Shown here piece by piece: positions 1 to 11,679 of a stretch of DNA of 64,000 nucleotides. Origin of the DNA: Alphaproteobacteria bacterium. GTDB lineage: Bacteria > Pseudomonadota > Alphaproteobacteria > JAUHZY01. The notes beneath the pieces are model-generated. The model saw only the letters and a program-made list of their open reading frames with translations, ran no database searches and was not told where the DNA came from. Where the stretch lies: the NCBI GenBank assembly GCA_030425825.1, contig JAUHZY010000001.1:743607-807606 (forward strand), given 5' to 3'. The translations under genes were made by a program, and so were the position numbers. The stretch's first letter is position 1. Each line of letters starts with the position of its first letter.

Positions 1-408
1 ATATACAATAAGTTTCTATCTGTGATGTCGCAAAAAATAACAGCATTACAGCTTATTCCTGTTCCAACACATTATCCACTTGATGAGTTTGAAGTTGAAC
101 ATACGCAAGAAGGACAAGTGAAAAGTGAACAGCTTGGTTCTAAGCGCAAACAATACCGCTTTGAATATGAGCCTTCCGAAGAAGAATTACTAACTGAGCT
201 CATGGCAAGAAACTTAACAACACAGCTTTATGGTGCAATGCTTGAAAGTGAAGCAAGCAAACACGGTGCCCGCATGACAGCCATGGACAATGCTACACGC
301 AATGCAAAAGACATGATTGACAGATTAACACTACAATATAACCGCGCACGTCAGGCGCAGGTTACGAACGAACTGATTGAAATTATTTCTGGCGCAGAAG
401 CCTTATAA
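1..408 (+). CDS. atpG: ATP synthase F1 gamma subunit, C-terminal part (5' end lies outside the window)
   Basis: Frame 1 is open from base 1. The C-terminal sequence ...[44 protein letters not shown] is the conserved gamma C-terminal helix. atpD and atpC follow directly. Confidence 0.9.
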   Translation: MYNKFLSVMSQKITALQLIPVPTHYPLDEFEVEHTQEGQVKSEQLGSKRKQYRFEYEPSEEELLTELMARNLTTQLYGAMLESEASKHGARMTAMDNATRNAKDMIDRLTLQYNRARQAQVTNELIEIISGAEAL

Positions 409-425
409 AGTATTTAAAAGTTTAA

Positions 426-1885
<1,460 letters not shown>

Positions 1886-1886
<1 letters not shown>

Positions 1887-2344
1887 TGACTGAAAAACTT
1901 TCTTTTTCAATTGTTTCACCACTTGAAACTGTTTTCGAGCAGGACGTCGAAATGGCGGTCGTTCCTGCTCACAATGGTTTTATTGGTATCTTGAAGGATC
2001 ATGTTCCACTTGTTTCCTCACTTAACCCTGGCATTGTTAAAGTTTATGACAACGGTCGTACGGAAGACAGTGTTGTCAAATCTGTTTTTGTCTCTGGTGG
2101 ATTTGTTGAAGTTGTTCCCAATAAATGTGTTGTTCTGGCTGATGAGGCTATTCCTATTGGTGAACTTGATGAAGACAAAATCATGGAACATATGGAAGAG
2201 CTTAAGATTGCATTAGGCAAAGAAGAAAACGAGCGCGCCAAAGAACTGATTCGCCGTAAACTTCGTGTAAAAACAGCTAAAATAAAAGCTGTTCGCAAAC
2301 GTGACTCTCTCACAGAAGGTATTCGAGAAGTCGAAGGGCTGTAA
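1886..2344 (+). CDS. atpC: ATP synthase F1 epsilon subunit
   Basis: The start overlaps the atpD stop (TAATG). The size and the position after atpD fit epsilon, as does an N-terminal beta-sandwich-like sequence followed by a helical, charged C-terminus. Confidence 0.88.
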
Positions 2345-2346
2345 TC

Positions 2347-2703
2347 ATGAAAGACCTCTCCCCTGATATCATGAGAAAAAGGCTTCTCATTGAAGGGCTC
2401 TACGAAGGTGAAGTTCATGAAGCAGAAATCAAAGACTATTTTAATGGCATCACTTCTGAACTAAAGCTTCGCATGTATGGCGAGCCTATTATTTTTTCAC
2501 CTGGCGGTGACGGCAAAGAGGAAAACCAAGGCTATGACGCTTTCGTTCCTCTCATTGATTCTGGCATTTCTCTTTATGTTTGGTCAGTGAAGAAATTCAC
2601 TTCGATTATTATTTACACATGCAAAGACTTTGATGATGTAAAAGCAATCGCTTTTACAAAACAGTTCTTTGACATTGAGAAAACAGAGTCTATGTGCTTC
2701 TAG
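2347..2703 (+). CDS. Divergent S-adenosylmethionine decarboxylase-fold (AdoMet_dc-like) protein
   Basis: LIDSGISLYVWSVKKFTSIIIYTCKDFD aligns by eye with the class-1 prokaryotic AdoMetDC core (..ESHISIHTWPE....D.FTCG). The gene starts 2 nt after the atpC stop. Confidence 0.5.
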   Translation: MKDLSPDIMRKRLLIEGLYEGEVHEAEIKDYFNGITSELKLRMYGEPIIFSPGGDGKEENQGYDAFVPLIDSGISLYVWSVKKFTSIIIYTCKDFDDVKAIAFTKQFFDIEKTESMCF

Positions 2704-2712
2704 AGACGATAT

Positions 2713-3192
2713 ATGCCTAAATTCACAATCCACTATCTTGCTGATAAACCTCATTTCATTGAAGCGTGTGCAGCATGGGATTATGGCAGATGGGAAGTTC
2801 AAAAACCCCACCATTCATTCTCAAAAACACACCAACAATTTAAGGATGGCGCACAAAAAGACGCCCTTCCTTTAACACTTGTTGTTCTTAATGAAAATGA
2901 TCTTCCCGTTGCAATGGGCAATCTGTGGGAGCAAGATGATAATCAATGGTCTGATATGACACCTTGGATTGCATCCCTTTTCGTGCATTATCGTTATCGT
3001 GATATGGGCATTGGAAAGATGCTGCTAATCCGCCTCGAAAAAGAAGCAAAACGTCTTGGCTATAAAAAAGTATACCTAACGTCTGGAAGCGCAGCTGGTC
3101 TTTACAGAAAATGTAGCTATACAGAAATAGACTCTATCACTACAACAGCGACAAAAGCAGGCACAAAGACTTTATTTTTAAAAGATCTATAG
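2713..3192 (+). CDS. GNAT family N-acetyltransferase
   Basis: Acetyl-CoA binding motif A region: IASLFVHYRYRDMGIGKMLLIRLEKEAKRLGYKKVYL. About 160 aa. Confidence 0.75.
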   Translation: MPKFTIHYLADKPHFIEACAAWDYGRWEVQKPHHSFSKTHQQFKDGAQKDALPLTLVVLNENDLPVAMGNLWEQDDNQWSDMTPWIASLFVHYRYRDMGIGKMLLIRLEKEAKRLGYKKVYLTSGSAAGLYRKCSYTEIDSITTTATKAGTKTLFLKDL

Positions 3193-3195
3193 GCT

Positions 3196-3531
3196 CTATT
3201 TATCAACCATCATGTTGCGTGTAACGCCTGGTAATTTAACGCGCAAACCATCAAGTTCATCTGACATAATAATTTGGCAGCCAAGACGTGATGTATGCGT
3301 AAGACCAAAGGCAAGATCAAGCATGTCTTCCTCTTCTTCTTCAGGCTCATCCAGCTCATCAAAAAACTTCTGATCTACAACCACATGGCATGTAGAGCAA
3401 GCAAGTGAACCTTCGCATGCGCCCTCTAGGTCAATTTTGTTTTTATGTGCAATTTCAAGAACAGAAAGTCCGTTTGGTGCATCAACTTCAACTTCTGTGT
3501 CATCTGGTGTTACAAAAATCATTTTAGGCAT
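3196..3531 (-). CDS. fdx: 2Fe-2S ferredoxin, ISC/adrenodoxin type
   Basis: Cys pattern [12 protein letters not shown] ... RLGCQ. It is the last gene of the isc operon and overlaps the hscA stop. Confidence 0.9.
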   Translation of the reverse strand: MPKMIFVTPDDTEVEVDAPNGLSVLEIAHKNKIDLEGACEGSLACSTCHVVVDQKFFDELDEPEEEEEDMLDLAFGLTHTSRLGCQIIMSDELDGLRVKLPGVTRNMMVDK

Positions 3532-5351
3532 GGGGCCAACTCCTCTTCTTCTTTTTTTTCAAACTCTGATACATCTTTGCCAGAAAGCGCAGATGATACC
3601 GCTTTATTCATACGTTTTTCAACAAAAGCTTTACTTAACTCTTCAAACTTTTCTAACGCATCCTTAATTTCATTTCTGCTTTCGCTTTTTTCAGCCAAAT
3701 TAACAAGAAAGTCTTTATAATCTAATAATTCTTTTAACTCAACCTCATTCAGCAGCTCGCCATCCTGACGTAAAGCTGTATCAATTGCATGTGCCACACG
3801 CGAGGCTTCTACTTTTTTCTCGATCAGCAAACGACTTTCAATATCTTCACGTGCGCTCGCCATACTGTCACGAAGCATGTTTGTGATTTCTTCTGCATCC
3901 AAACCATAAGAAGGCTTAACAGCAATGTCTTGTTTTTGCCCAGTCATTTGCTCTTCGGCACTGACCGTCAACAGCCCATCTGCATCCACAGAAAACGTCA
4001 CCTTAATGCGTGCAGCACCTGCAATCATTGATGGAATATCTTTCAATGTAAATTTCGCAAGCGAGCGATTACCCTCAACTGTCTCACGCTCTCCCTGCAA
4101 AACATGGAACATCATTGCCGTTTGACCATCTTGATATGTCGTAAACTCTTTTGCCTTTGAAACAGGAATCGATGTGTTTCGATCAATGATGCGATCCATC
4201 AACCCGCCCATTGTTTCAACGCCTAGAGACAACGGTAACACATCCAATAAGAGGTGATCGCCCTCACCTAGCAATGCAGCGGCCTGTCTTGCCGCTCCTT
4301 CTGAGACAACTTCGTCAGGATCATGATCATCGAGTGGGTCGAAACCAAATGTAGACTTTAACATTTCCTTTACCAGTGGCACACGCGTCGACCCTCCAAC
4401 AAGAACGATTCCTTGAATGTCAGACAACTCAACACCGGCATCATCAATCGCATTATGTGTCATATCAATCGTGCGCTTAACAAGAGGCTGGATAAGCGTA
4501 TTAAATTGTTCGCGCGTAAAACCATCCGCAGCATTTTCTATTGTTAAAGCTTCTTTTATTTTCCGTGCATGGCGTAGAACATTTCGGGCTTCTTCTTCGT
4601 TTGTGACAGACTGTGTCATTTTTTCTGCGATTAAGTGGTCAAAATCATCACCACCCAAAGCAGCATCACCACCCGTAGCCAGCACCTTGAAAACACCTTT
4701 TTCCATTTTTAAGATTGAGACATCAAAAGTACCACCACCCAAATCATAAATAATGTAGGTTCCTTCTTTTCCTTGGTCTAATCCATATGCCAAAGCTGCA
4801 GCGGTGGGCTCGTTAATCAAGCGCAACACTTCTAACCCTGCTAGCTTTGCAGCATCTTTTGTTGCGGCACGCGCACCGTCATCAAAGTAGGCTGGTACAG
4901 TAATCACAGACTTTGTCACGCGACGACCAAGCGCCTCTTCAGAAAGCCGCTTAATCTCTTTTAAAATATCAGCAGATATTTCGACAGGTGACTTTATAGA
5001 TCCATTTACTTCAAGCTTTACCATACCTTCTGAGCTTGCAAGCTTATAGGGCAATTGTCCTGCAATTGACTTTAAATCACCTTCGCCTCGTCCCATCAAA
5101 CGTTTAACAGAAGAAATCTTTTCTCCCTCGGAAGACAATGCCTGATGTCCCACATGCACCTTGTCATTTGCGTAAGCAACAACTGATGGAATCAGCCTGT
5201 TTCCTGCCTCATCCGAAATTACATGCACGTCACCTTCTTTTAATATAGAGACAACACTGTTTGTTGTTCCCAGATCAATACCAATCGCAATTCCTGGATC
5301 TGATTGATGTGGTGCAGGCGCTTGTCCAGGCTCATGAATTTGCAGTAACAT
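3519..5351 (-). CDS. hscA: Fe-S cluster assembly Hsp70 chaperone HscA
   Basis: Hsp70 motifs [10 protein letters not shown] and DLGGGTFD. The N-terminus MLLQIHEPG.. resembles the HscA-specific N-terminus (E. coli MALLQISEPG). Confidence 0.95.
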   Translation of the reverse strand: MLLQIHEPGQAPAPHQSDPGIAIGIDLGTTNSVVSILKEGDVHVISDEAGNRLIPSVVAYANDKVHVGHQALSSEGEKISSVKRLMGRGEGDLKSIAGQLPYKLASSEGMVKLEVNGSIKSPVEISADILKEIKRLSEEALGRRVTKSVITVPAYFDDGARAATKDAAKLAGLEVLRLINEPTAAALAYGLDQGKEGTYIIYDLGGGTFDVSILKMEKGVFKVLATGGDAALGGDDFDHLIAEKMTQSVTNEEEARNVLRHARKIKEALTIENAADGFTREQFNTLIQPLVKRTIDMTHNAIDDAGVELSDIQGIVLVGGSTRVPLVKEMLKSTFGFDPLDDHDPDEVVSEGAARQAAALLGEGDHLLLDVLPLSLGVETMGGLMDRIIDRNTSIPVSKAKEFTTYQDGQTAMMFHVLQGERETVEGNRSLAKFTLKDIPSMIAGAARIKVTFSVDADGLLTVSAEEQMTGQKQDIAVKPSYGLDAEEITNMLRDSMASAREDIESRLLIEKKVEASRVAHAIDTALRQDGELLNEVELKELLDYKDFLVNLAEKSESRNEIKDALEKFEELSKAFVEKRMNKAVSSALSGKDVSEFEKKEEEELAPCLK

Positions 5352-5961
5352 TTTCTCGTAACTTTCGTTTTTTGTCTTTTATATCGTTTAAAAATTTACC
5401 TAGATATTTCAGCTCTAATGTTTTTTGTATTGTTTTCTCTAAATCTTTTTCTTCAAACACTTTTTTTAAATCAACAACTGTGTCCTTATATCTTTTTTTA
5501 GCATCCACTTCTAAAGGACCAGTTTCTGTTGCTTCATCTAGTGCCTCGCGATCTTCCATCGACATCATTAAAACATGTGGGTCATGAATTGTTTTCTCTT
5601 CAAAGTTAACACCCTCTTCCTGAAGTAAAGCTTCTGCCCTTTTTACGTCATCTTTTAAGATCTCATAAGCCATATTCATTTCCATTGTCTGCTGTGATGA
5701 ATAAAGTTTCTCACGGTCTGTTCGGCTGACAAACTTATCAGGATGCAGTATTTGTTGGACCTTTAAGTATGTTTTTTCTAACGCCTTTAGATCAATGTCA
5801 TATGTTGCAATCAATCCGTAACGAGAAAAAGGAGACAACTTTGCAGTAGGCTGAATAATATGACAGGCAGGACAAAAAAGATGCACGCCATCAAAAGGGG
5901 TGTGACAAGACCAACAACTAGACAAAGAAAGATTCTCCACAGCCACAACGACCTGATTCAT
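5332..5961 (-). CDS. hscB: J-type co-chaperone HscB with an N-terminal CxxC...CxxC extension
   Basis: J-domain with HPD (ILHPDKF). It sits between iscA and hscA. N-terminal CWSCHTPFDGVHLFCPACH. The ATG at 5961 overlaps the iscA 3' end by 44 nt; in-frame GTG codons slightly downstream are alternative starts. Confidence 0.85.
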   Translation of the reverse strand: MNQVVVAVENLSLSSCWSCHTPFDGVHLFCPACHIIQPTAKLSPFSRYGLIATYDIDLKALEKTYLKVQQILHPDKFVSRTDREKLYSSQQTMEMNMAYEILKDDVKRAEALLQEEGVNFEEKTIHDPHVLMMSMEDREALDEATETGPLEVDAKKRYKDTVVDLKKVFEEKDLEKTIQKTLELKYLGKFLNDIKDKKRKLRENVTANS

Positions 5962-6262
5962 TTGGGTTTGTGAACGTAAACCCTGATTTTAGCTTTTCTT
6001 CTTTGTAATCCATTTCAGTGCCGAAAATAAACATGATCGCCTTAGGGTCAATAAAGATGTTAACACCATCTTTATGGACAACCTCATCAAACTCACCTTT
6101 TTCATCTGCATATTCAATCGCATAAGAAAGACCCGAGCAGCCTTTTGTGGAAACCCCGATACGAATTCCCGCAGAAGGCTTTCCACGTGCCTCTAGCAAT
6201 GCCTTCACTTGGCACGTTGCAGACTCTGTAACGGACATGATTGGTGGTTTGTCAGCCATCAT
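5918..6262 (-). CDS. iscA: Fe-S cluster insertion/A-type carrier protein IscA
   Basis: HesB/IscA family. KGCSG and the C-terminal CGCGESF motif are present. Confidence 0.9.
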   Translation of the reverse strand: MMADKPPIMSVTESATCQVKALLEARGKPSAGIRIGVSTKGCSGLSYAIEYADEKGEFDEVVHKDGVNIFIDPKAIMFIFGTEMDYKEEKLKSGFTFTNPNESGRCGCGESFFV

Positions 6263-6645
6263 TAAGCGTCTTTCTTCGCCTTATAATCTTCAATCGCTGC
6301 TTTAATTGCATCTTCTGCAAGAATCGAGCAGTGAACTTTTACTGGCGGCAAAGCTAACTCTTCAACAATTTGTGTGTTTTTGATTTCACCCGCCTCATCA
6401 AGATTTTTCCCTTTTAACCATTCTGTTGCAAGTGAGCTTGATGCAATCGCAGCACCACATCCAAATGTTTTAAACTTTGCTTCTTTAATAACGCCCTGGT
6501 CGCTCACCTCAATTTGAAGCTTCATCACGTCACCACATGCTGGTGCACCGACAAGACCTGTTCCAACACTTGTTGAAGACTTGTCCAAAGACCCAATATT
6601 CCTAGGATTTTCGTAATGATCTACTAACTTATCACTGTATGCCAT
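6262..6645 (-). CDS. iscU: Fe-S cluster scaffold IscU
   Basis: Three conserved Cys motifs: GAPACGDVMKLQ, FKTFGCGAAIASSS, PPVKVHCS. Confidence 0.95.
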   Translation of the reverse strand: MAYSDKLVDHYENPRNIGSLDKSSTSVGTGLVGAPACGDVMKLQIEVSDQGVIKEAKFKTFGCGAAIASSSLATEWLKGKNLDEAGEIKNTQIVEELALPPVKVHCSILAEDAIKAAIEDYKAKKDA

Positions 6646-6680
6646 TTTATCTCTCCTTTAATGACTTTTTGTTTAAAAAT

Positions 6681-7931
6681 TTAATGACCTGTCCACTCAA
6701 TTGATTTCAGGTCGATGCCCTCTTGTACCATTTCCCACAAAGGACTCATTTCACGCAAACGCATAACATGGCTGATGATTAAGTCTGCCGCATAATCAAC
6801 TTCTTCTTCTGTTGTAAAGCGACCAAAGCCAATGCGCAGCGATGTATGTGCTAGCTCTTCATCAACACCAAGTGCGCGCAAAACATACGATGGCTCAAGA
6901 GATGCTGACGTACATGCCGAACCAGAAGATACTGACAGATCCTTAATCGCCATCATCAAAGACTCACCTTCAACATATGCAAAACTGATATTTAAATTTC
7001 CTGGAACACGATGATCGAAATCTCCATTCACATAAATATCCTTTAACTCAGCCTTAAACTTATTCATCAAACGGTCACGAAGAGTAACAAGACGAAGGTT
7101 TTCTTGTGCCATCTCATTTTGCGCAATCTCACATGCCTCACCTAATCCAACACATAAAGGCGTTGGAAGCGTTCCTGATCGAATGCCACGCTCTTGCCCA
7201 CCGCCAGAAATAATTGACTTAAGACGCACACGTGGTTTACGGCGTACAAACAAAGCACCTATGCCTTTTGGCCCATAAATTTTATGCCCTGAGATACTCA
7301 AAAGATCTATATTCATTTCATTAACATCGAGCGCAATTTTTCCAACTGCTTGTGCTGCATCTGTGTGAAAGAAGACCTTATTATCACGACAAATTTGACC
7401 AATCTCTTTTAAAGGTTGAACCACGCCAATTTCGTTGTTCACAGCCATAATTGAAACAAGACATGTTTTTTCTGTTATTGCTGCTTTTAACTCTTCCAAA
7501 TCAACAAGGCCATTTTTTTGAACAGGCAAATATGTCACTTCATAGCCTTCTTGTTCAAGATAACGGCAACTATCCAGAACACATTTATGCTCGGTCACAC
7601 ATGTGATAATATGATTCTTTTTATCACCGTAAAAATGAGCAACTCCCTTAATCGCAATGTTATTTGCTTCTGTTGCACCAGATGTGAAAACAATCTCTTT
7701 CGCTTGCGCGCCAATTAAGCTTCCAATTTGTTCGCGTGCATTGTCGACAGCAGCTTCTGCTTCCCATCCATAAGAGTGATTGCGTGAATGCGGATTACCA
7801 AATTTACCTGTAAAATACGGCATCATTGCGTCCAGCACGCGTGGATCCATCGGCGTTGTTGCCTGATAGTCTAAGTAGATTGGCTGACCATTTGCCAAAC
7901 TTTCTTCTATTGTTTTCTTTAAAGCTTGCAT
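6681..7931 (-). CDS. iscS: Cysteine desulfurase IscS
   Basis: PLP-lysine motif [10 protein letters not shown] and active-site loop SSGSACTS. I moved the start to ATG 7931 (track gives 7955): it has a GGAGAG SD, and [11 protein letters not shown] then sits at a normal distance from the N-terminus. Confidence 0.95.
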   Translation of the reverse strand: MQALKKTIEESLANGQPIYLDYQATTPMDPRVLDAMMPYFTGKFGNPHSRNHSYGWEAEAAVDNAREQIGSLIGAQAKEIVFTSGATEANNIAIKGVAHFYGDKKNHIITCVTEHKCVLDSCRYLEQEGYEVTYLPVQKNGLVDLEELKAAITEKTCLVSIMAVNNEIGVVQPLKEIGQICRDNKVFFHTDAAQAVGKIALDVNEMNIDLLSISGHKIYGPKGIGALFVRRKPRVRLKSIISGGGQERGIRSGTLPTPLCVGLGEACEIAQNEMAQENLRLVTLRDRLMNKFKAELKDIYVNGDFDHRVPGNLNISFAYVEGESLMMAIKDLSVSSGSACTSASLEPSYVLRALGVDEELAHTSLRIGFGRFTTEEEVDYAADLIISHVMRLREMSPLWEMVQEGIDLKSIEWTGH

Positions 7932-7941
7932 GTTCTCTCCT

Positions 7942-9069
7942 CTATGCAAATCCAACAGCTTGATTGCCTTTATTTAAATCTCTTGTCCTTTCAAACAGCT
8001 TTTTCCATGAAATAAGAAAGCCATCTATATCTTCTTGCGTTGTGTTCCACCCCAAACTGATACGAATTGTTGTTTCTGCTGTCTTTTCATCGATGCCCAT
8101 CGCACGCAAGACATGCGACATTGCAACTTTTCCAGACGAACAAGCGGACCCACTACTAACAGCAATACCATCAAGGTCTAAAGACATGATTTGTGTTTCA
8201 TGGCTGACACCAGGCATCGTTATATAACTAGTGTTTGGTAGGCGGTCCACATTTTGTGCAAAAATAATGCTTTCAGGTGAAATTTCTTGAATCATTTTTT
8301 CCATATCGTCACGTAAAGACTGAATAGACAAATCCATTGAAGCATGCCCTAAAGCCGCACCAAAACCTATAATAGCTGGTATGTTTTCAGTTCCTGCACG
8401 CATTTTATTTTCTTGCCCACCGCCCAGCAAAACAGGCTGTAAAGGAATATTATCTGGCACAATCAAAGCGCCAACACCCTTCGGACCACCAAATTTATGC
8501 GCCGACACAGTCAGCAAATCCACACCCAACTGATGAAAATCAACGCGAATTTTTCCCAAAGCTTGAACAGCATCACAGTGTAAATACCCACCATATTTAT
8601 GCACAAGATCTGCGACCTCTTTAATGGGTTGAACAACACCTGTTTCATTATTTGCTAACATCACAGAAGTGAAAACAGGCGCATCATATCCCGCAAGGCG
8701 CTCCTGCAGCTCGTCTAAATCAATAAGGCCATTTTCATCAACGCCAATCTCATGTACAGGGCAAAGATGGGATTTAACATTCTGCAAAATTGAGTCATGC
8801 TCAATCGAAGACACCAGAAAAGCGGAAGGCACCATCCCCATCAGGGCTAAATGATTCGCCTCTGTACCACCACTCGTAAAAACAACCCAATCTGGCTTCA
8901 CACCCAAAGTATCAGCAAGCTTATACCTCACCTCATCAACAAGACCTCGTGCTTTCTTACCAAACCGATGGACTGATGAAGGATTGCCAACAAGATTCAT
9001 GGCCTCGATTATCGCCTCTTTCACCTCGGGGCGCATCACAGATGTTGCATTGTGATCTAAGTAAATCAT
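7942..9069 (-). CDS. Second class-V aminotransferase, NifS-like cysteine desulfurase
   Basis: [13 protein letters not shown]-lysine motif and SSGSACSSG Cys loop. At 375 aa it is shorter than IscS. Located between iscR and iscS. Confidence 0.85.
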   Translation of the reverse strand: MIYLDHNATSVMRPEVKEAIIEAMNLVGNPSSVHRFGKKARGLVDEVRYKLADTLGVKPDWVVFTSGGTEANHLALMGMVPSAFLVSSIEHDSILQNVKSHLCPVHEIGVDENGLIDLDELQERLAGYDAPVFTSVMLANNETGVVQPIKEVADLVHKYGGYLHCDAVQALGKIRVDFHQLGVDLLTVSAHKFGGPKGVGALIVPDNIPLQPVLLGGGQENKMRAGTENIPAIIGFGAALGHASMDLSIQSLRDDMEKMIQEISPESIIFAQNVDRLPNTSYITMPGVSHETQIMSLDLDGIAVSSGSACSSGKVAMSHVLRAMGIDEKTAETTIRISLGWNTTQEDIDGFLISWKKLFERTRDLNKGNQAVGFA

Positions 9070-9527
9070 GATGCAACGGCCTCTTCACCAGCAAACATCG
9101 CAAACTTATCACTTGCAGTTTTCCCACATAAATCTGCCAGAGTCACTGTGCTTAAGTAATTGTATATTTGATCTCCAAGACCTTGCCAAAGATTGTGTGT
9201 TAAACAACGTCCCGAAACACGACTTTGACAACCACGCGTAGAGCCCGTTTGACAACGTGTTGCTTTTATTGGTTCGTCAACAGCCATAATAATGTCTGAT
9301 ATGCGCGTATCAACAAGGGCAGAACCTAATAAATATCCACCTCCAGGTCCACGGGTACTTTCAACCAGCCCAGCGCGCCTTAGCTTAGCAAACAACTGCT
9401 CCAAATATGAAAGTGATATTTCTTGCCTTTCAGCAATTTCAGATAAAGCCAGCGGGTTGCCCTTGCTATAATAAGCAAGATCGGCCATCGCCATCACCGC
9501 ATAACGCCCCTTCGTACTTAATTTCAT
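9066..9527 (-). CDS. iscR: Rrf2-family Fe-S regulator (IscR-like)
   Basis: Rrf2 wHTH N-terminus MKLSTKGRYAVMAMADLA. Three Cys plus a His lie in the ligand region (RCQ..GCQ..GRCLTH). First gene of the isc operon. Confidence 0.8.
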   Translation of the reverse strand: MKLSTKGRYAVMAMADLAYYSKGNPLALSEIAERQEISLSYLEQLFAKLRRAGLVESTRGPGGGYLLGSALVDTRISDIIMAVDEPIKATRCQTGSTRGCQSRVSGRCLTHNLWQGLGDQIYNYLSTVTLADLCGKTASDKFAMFAGEEAVAS

Positions 9528-9595
9528 CTCTTATCCTAATATTTCCTTGAAAAAATACTAAAAAAAACTATTATTCAACTTCATTCATAATATAT

Positions 9596-9620
9596 ATACC
9601 TGAGTAAAATAGTCAAGTAT
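9596..9620. promoter_or_regulatory. Candidate IscR type-1 operator
   Basis: ATACCTGAGTAAAATAGTCAAGTAT agrees at 24 of 25 positions with the E. coli type-1 IscR consensus as I recall it (ATASYYGACTRWWWYAGTCRRSTAT). It lies 69-93 bp upstream of the iscR start, in the divergent promoter region. Confidence 0.55.
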
Positions 9621-9653
9621 TTGCAAAGCAAAAAAAGTAAAAAGGAACAAGAA

Positions 9654-10289
9654 ATGCCAGAAGTTATCATCCCAGGTCCAGAAGGTCGTATAGAGGCCAG
9701 ATATCATCATTCAAATGATAAAAATGCACCTATCGCTATTGTTTTGCACCCACACCCGCAACATGGCGGCACGATGAATAATAAAGTCGTCTACACAATG
9801 TACCAAACTTTTGCGAATGCGGGCTTTTCCGTTTTACGTTTTAATTTTCGTGGCGTCGGTCGCTCAGAAGGAACTTACGACAAAGGTGAAGGTGAATTAA
9901 GCGACGCAGCAACAGCTCTTGACTGGCTTCAATCGCACAACCCAACAGCCTCAAATTGCTGGATTAGTGGATTTTCGTTTGGCGCATGGATTTGCATGCA
10001 ACTTCTTATGAGACGCCCAGAAGTTAACAGCTTTGTTGCTGTTTCACCTCCTGCGAACAAATATGATTTCACATTTTTAGCACCCTGCCCCGTTTCAGGG
10101 CTGATGATTCAAGGGGATGAAGATTCAATTGTTGAAGCTGAGTCTGTTGAGAACCTTGCCGAAAAACTGAGCCATCAGAAAAATATCAAGGTAGACTATA
10201 CTGAAATAATGGGCGCTGACCACTTCTTCAAAGGCAAGCTTGACCTACTTACAGAGGCAACAAACGAGTACCTTCGCCCAAGGGTTTAG
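9654..10289 (+). CDS. Alpha/beta hydrolase (COG2945-like)
   Basis: HPHPQHGGTMNNKVV and the nucleophile elbow GFSFGA. ATG 9654 is preferred over the track's TTG 9621 because AAAGGAAC lies upstream. Confidence 0.75.
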   Translation: MPEVIIPGPEGRIEARYHHSNDKNAPIAIVLHPHPQHGGTMNNKVVYTMYQTFANAGFSVLRFNFRGVGRSEGTYDKGEGELSDAATALDWLQSHNPTASNCWISGFSFGAWICMQLLMRRPEVNSFVAVSPPANKYDFTFLAPCPVSGLMIQGDEDSIVEAESVENLAEKLSHQKNIKVDYTEIMGADHFFKGKLDLLTEATNEYLRPRV

Positions 10290-10684
10290 ATATCGACATC
10301 TATTCTATCAATAGCAAACGAATCATTTGATACACTCTCCTGCAGCTCTTCTGCGACAAGGTAGGCGCGTCGCATATAGTCTTTCCCTGGAGAAGCCTGA
10401 CCACCAGCATTATCATTAGAAATAGCATTTTGAGATATCTCTTGCAGTTGAATAGAGATATCCGGAGACAGCTTTGGCGAGAAACTAGGCTCATTATCAA
10501 CGCTTCTTAGGGCCTCTAAGAAGTCAGCTTTTTGCGAGGACTTGTTTTCCAGAACATTCTTTTCAAACTGCCCTGAAAGATCGTCATTCAGCGCACGGTT
10601 ACGCTTTTGATTCAGGCCATATTGGTCTGGCCTTACAAACGAGCTAGAAGCTTTAGAGGAAGAAAACTTAAAAAGGTCACTCAA
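10286..10684 (-). CDS. Hypothetical Ser/Asn/Asp-rich protein, co-oriented with phaR
   Basis: This is the only long ORF in an otherwise ~390-bp gap. Its start codon is TTG and overlaps the phaR stop (TTGA). No recognisable domain. Confidence 0.35.
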   Translation of the reverse strand: MSDLFKFSSSKASSSFVRPDQYGLNQKRNRALNDDLSGQFEKNVLENKSSQKADFLEALRSVDNEPSFSPKLSPDISIQLQEISQNAISNDNAGGQASPGKDYMRRAYLVAEELQESVSNDSFAIDRIDVDI

Positions 10685-11256
10685 GATTTAAGCCCCTCTA
10701 TTTGTTTATTTATGGATTCAATTTCATCTTGAAGAGCTTTAATTTTTTTTGCCTTAACATTCTCTAAACTTTCAGGCACTGCGCCTTGCATAAAATAAGG
10801 AATGAAAGCCTGCATCGCCTGCTCAAAAAGCTCTATGTTTTTTTGCCCTAACTCTTTGCTGTATGTCTGGATTTCTTTTATGCCATTAAATGGCATCATG
10901 TTACTGGCTTTTTCAATATAGTTTTTCTGACGGTCGTTAAACTGCTCCATACTAAACTCTAAATATTTGGATAAAAGAGACTGCATATCGTTACCGTAGA
11001 AAGAAATAACTTGGCGTAAAAAACTAATGGGCAGCATACCGCCTTCGCCTTCTTTCTCAACAATGATCTGCGTCAAAATCGAGCGTGTAATATCATCACC
11101 TGTTTTAGCGTCACGCACCTCAAAGTCAATATCATCGCAGATCATTTCAGCCAAGCCTTCCAACGTGATATAGCTGCTAGTGCCTGTATCATAAAGACGA
11201 CGATTAGCGTATTTTTTAATAAGAATTGGCTTTTTTCTGTCGCGTGAATCAACCAT
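10681..11256 (-). CDS. phaR: Polyhydroxyalkanoate synthesis repressor PhaR
   Basis: The N-terminal IKKYANRRLYDTGTSSYITLEGL motif is characteristic of PhaR. Confidence 0.9.
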   Translation of the reverse strand: MVDSRDRKKPILIKKYANRRLYDTGTSSYITLEGLAEMICDDIDFEVRDAKTGDDITRSILTQIIVEKEGEGGMLPISFLRQVISFYGNDMQSLLSKYLEFSMEQFNDRQKNYIEKASNMMPFNGIKEIQTYSKELGQKNIELFEQAMQAFIPYFMQGAVPESLENVKAKKIKALQDEIESINKQIEGLKS

Positions 11257-11319
11257 ATCTAGGTATCCTCGAATTGTTATATTAATATATATGGTATATT
11301 AACCTCAAAAGCATAAGAT

Positions 11320-11679
11320 ATGTCAACACTTTCAGATGATAATTCCACATCTTCTTCCGAAGAGAACCAGGACGAGTTCACAAAACAACTCTATGGATTC
11401 TGGCAAGATCAAATGACAACAATGTCATCAAGCCCAGAAGTCATCGACTTTTTCAAAAAAATGACGCATAATATGGCATCTTTTAGCAGCATGGGACAGG
11501 CAGCAGATGACAAAAACCCCGACCTTCAAACGGACAGGACCACGCCCGCTGCCGCTACACCTGTCAACAATGGCCATGAGCTGGACGGGATTATGCAGCG
11601 CCTTGAATACAAACTCAACCAACTGGATGACAGACTTAGCCGCATCGAATACCTTCTTCAAAAACAATCCACTGATTAA
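11320..11679 (+). CDS. Hypothetical acidic protein with a C-terminal coiled coil, upstream of and overlapping the PhaC-like gene
   Basis: 119-aa ORF divergent from phaR. C-terminal heptad-like MQRLEYKLNQLDDRLSRIEYLLQK. No strong SD. Confidence 0.45.
   Translation: MSTLSDDNSTSSSEENQDEFTKQLYGFWQDQMTTMSSSPEVIDFFKKMTHNMASFSSMGQAADDKNPDLQTDRTTPAAATPVNNGHELDGIMQRLEYKLNQLDDRLSRIEYLLQKQSTD

Noticed and set aside
7942-9069. Two tandem cysteine desulfurase genes as a possible novelty.
   Set aside because: A NifS-like paralogue next to iscS is a known arrangement in Rickettsiales-like alphaproteobacteria, so this is ordinary.
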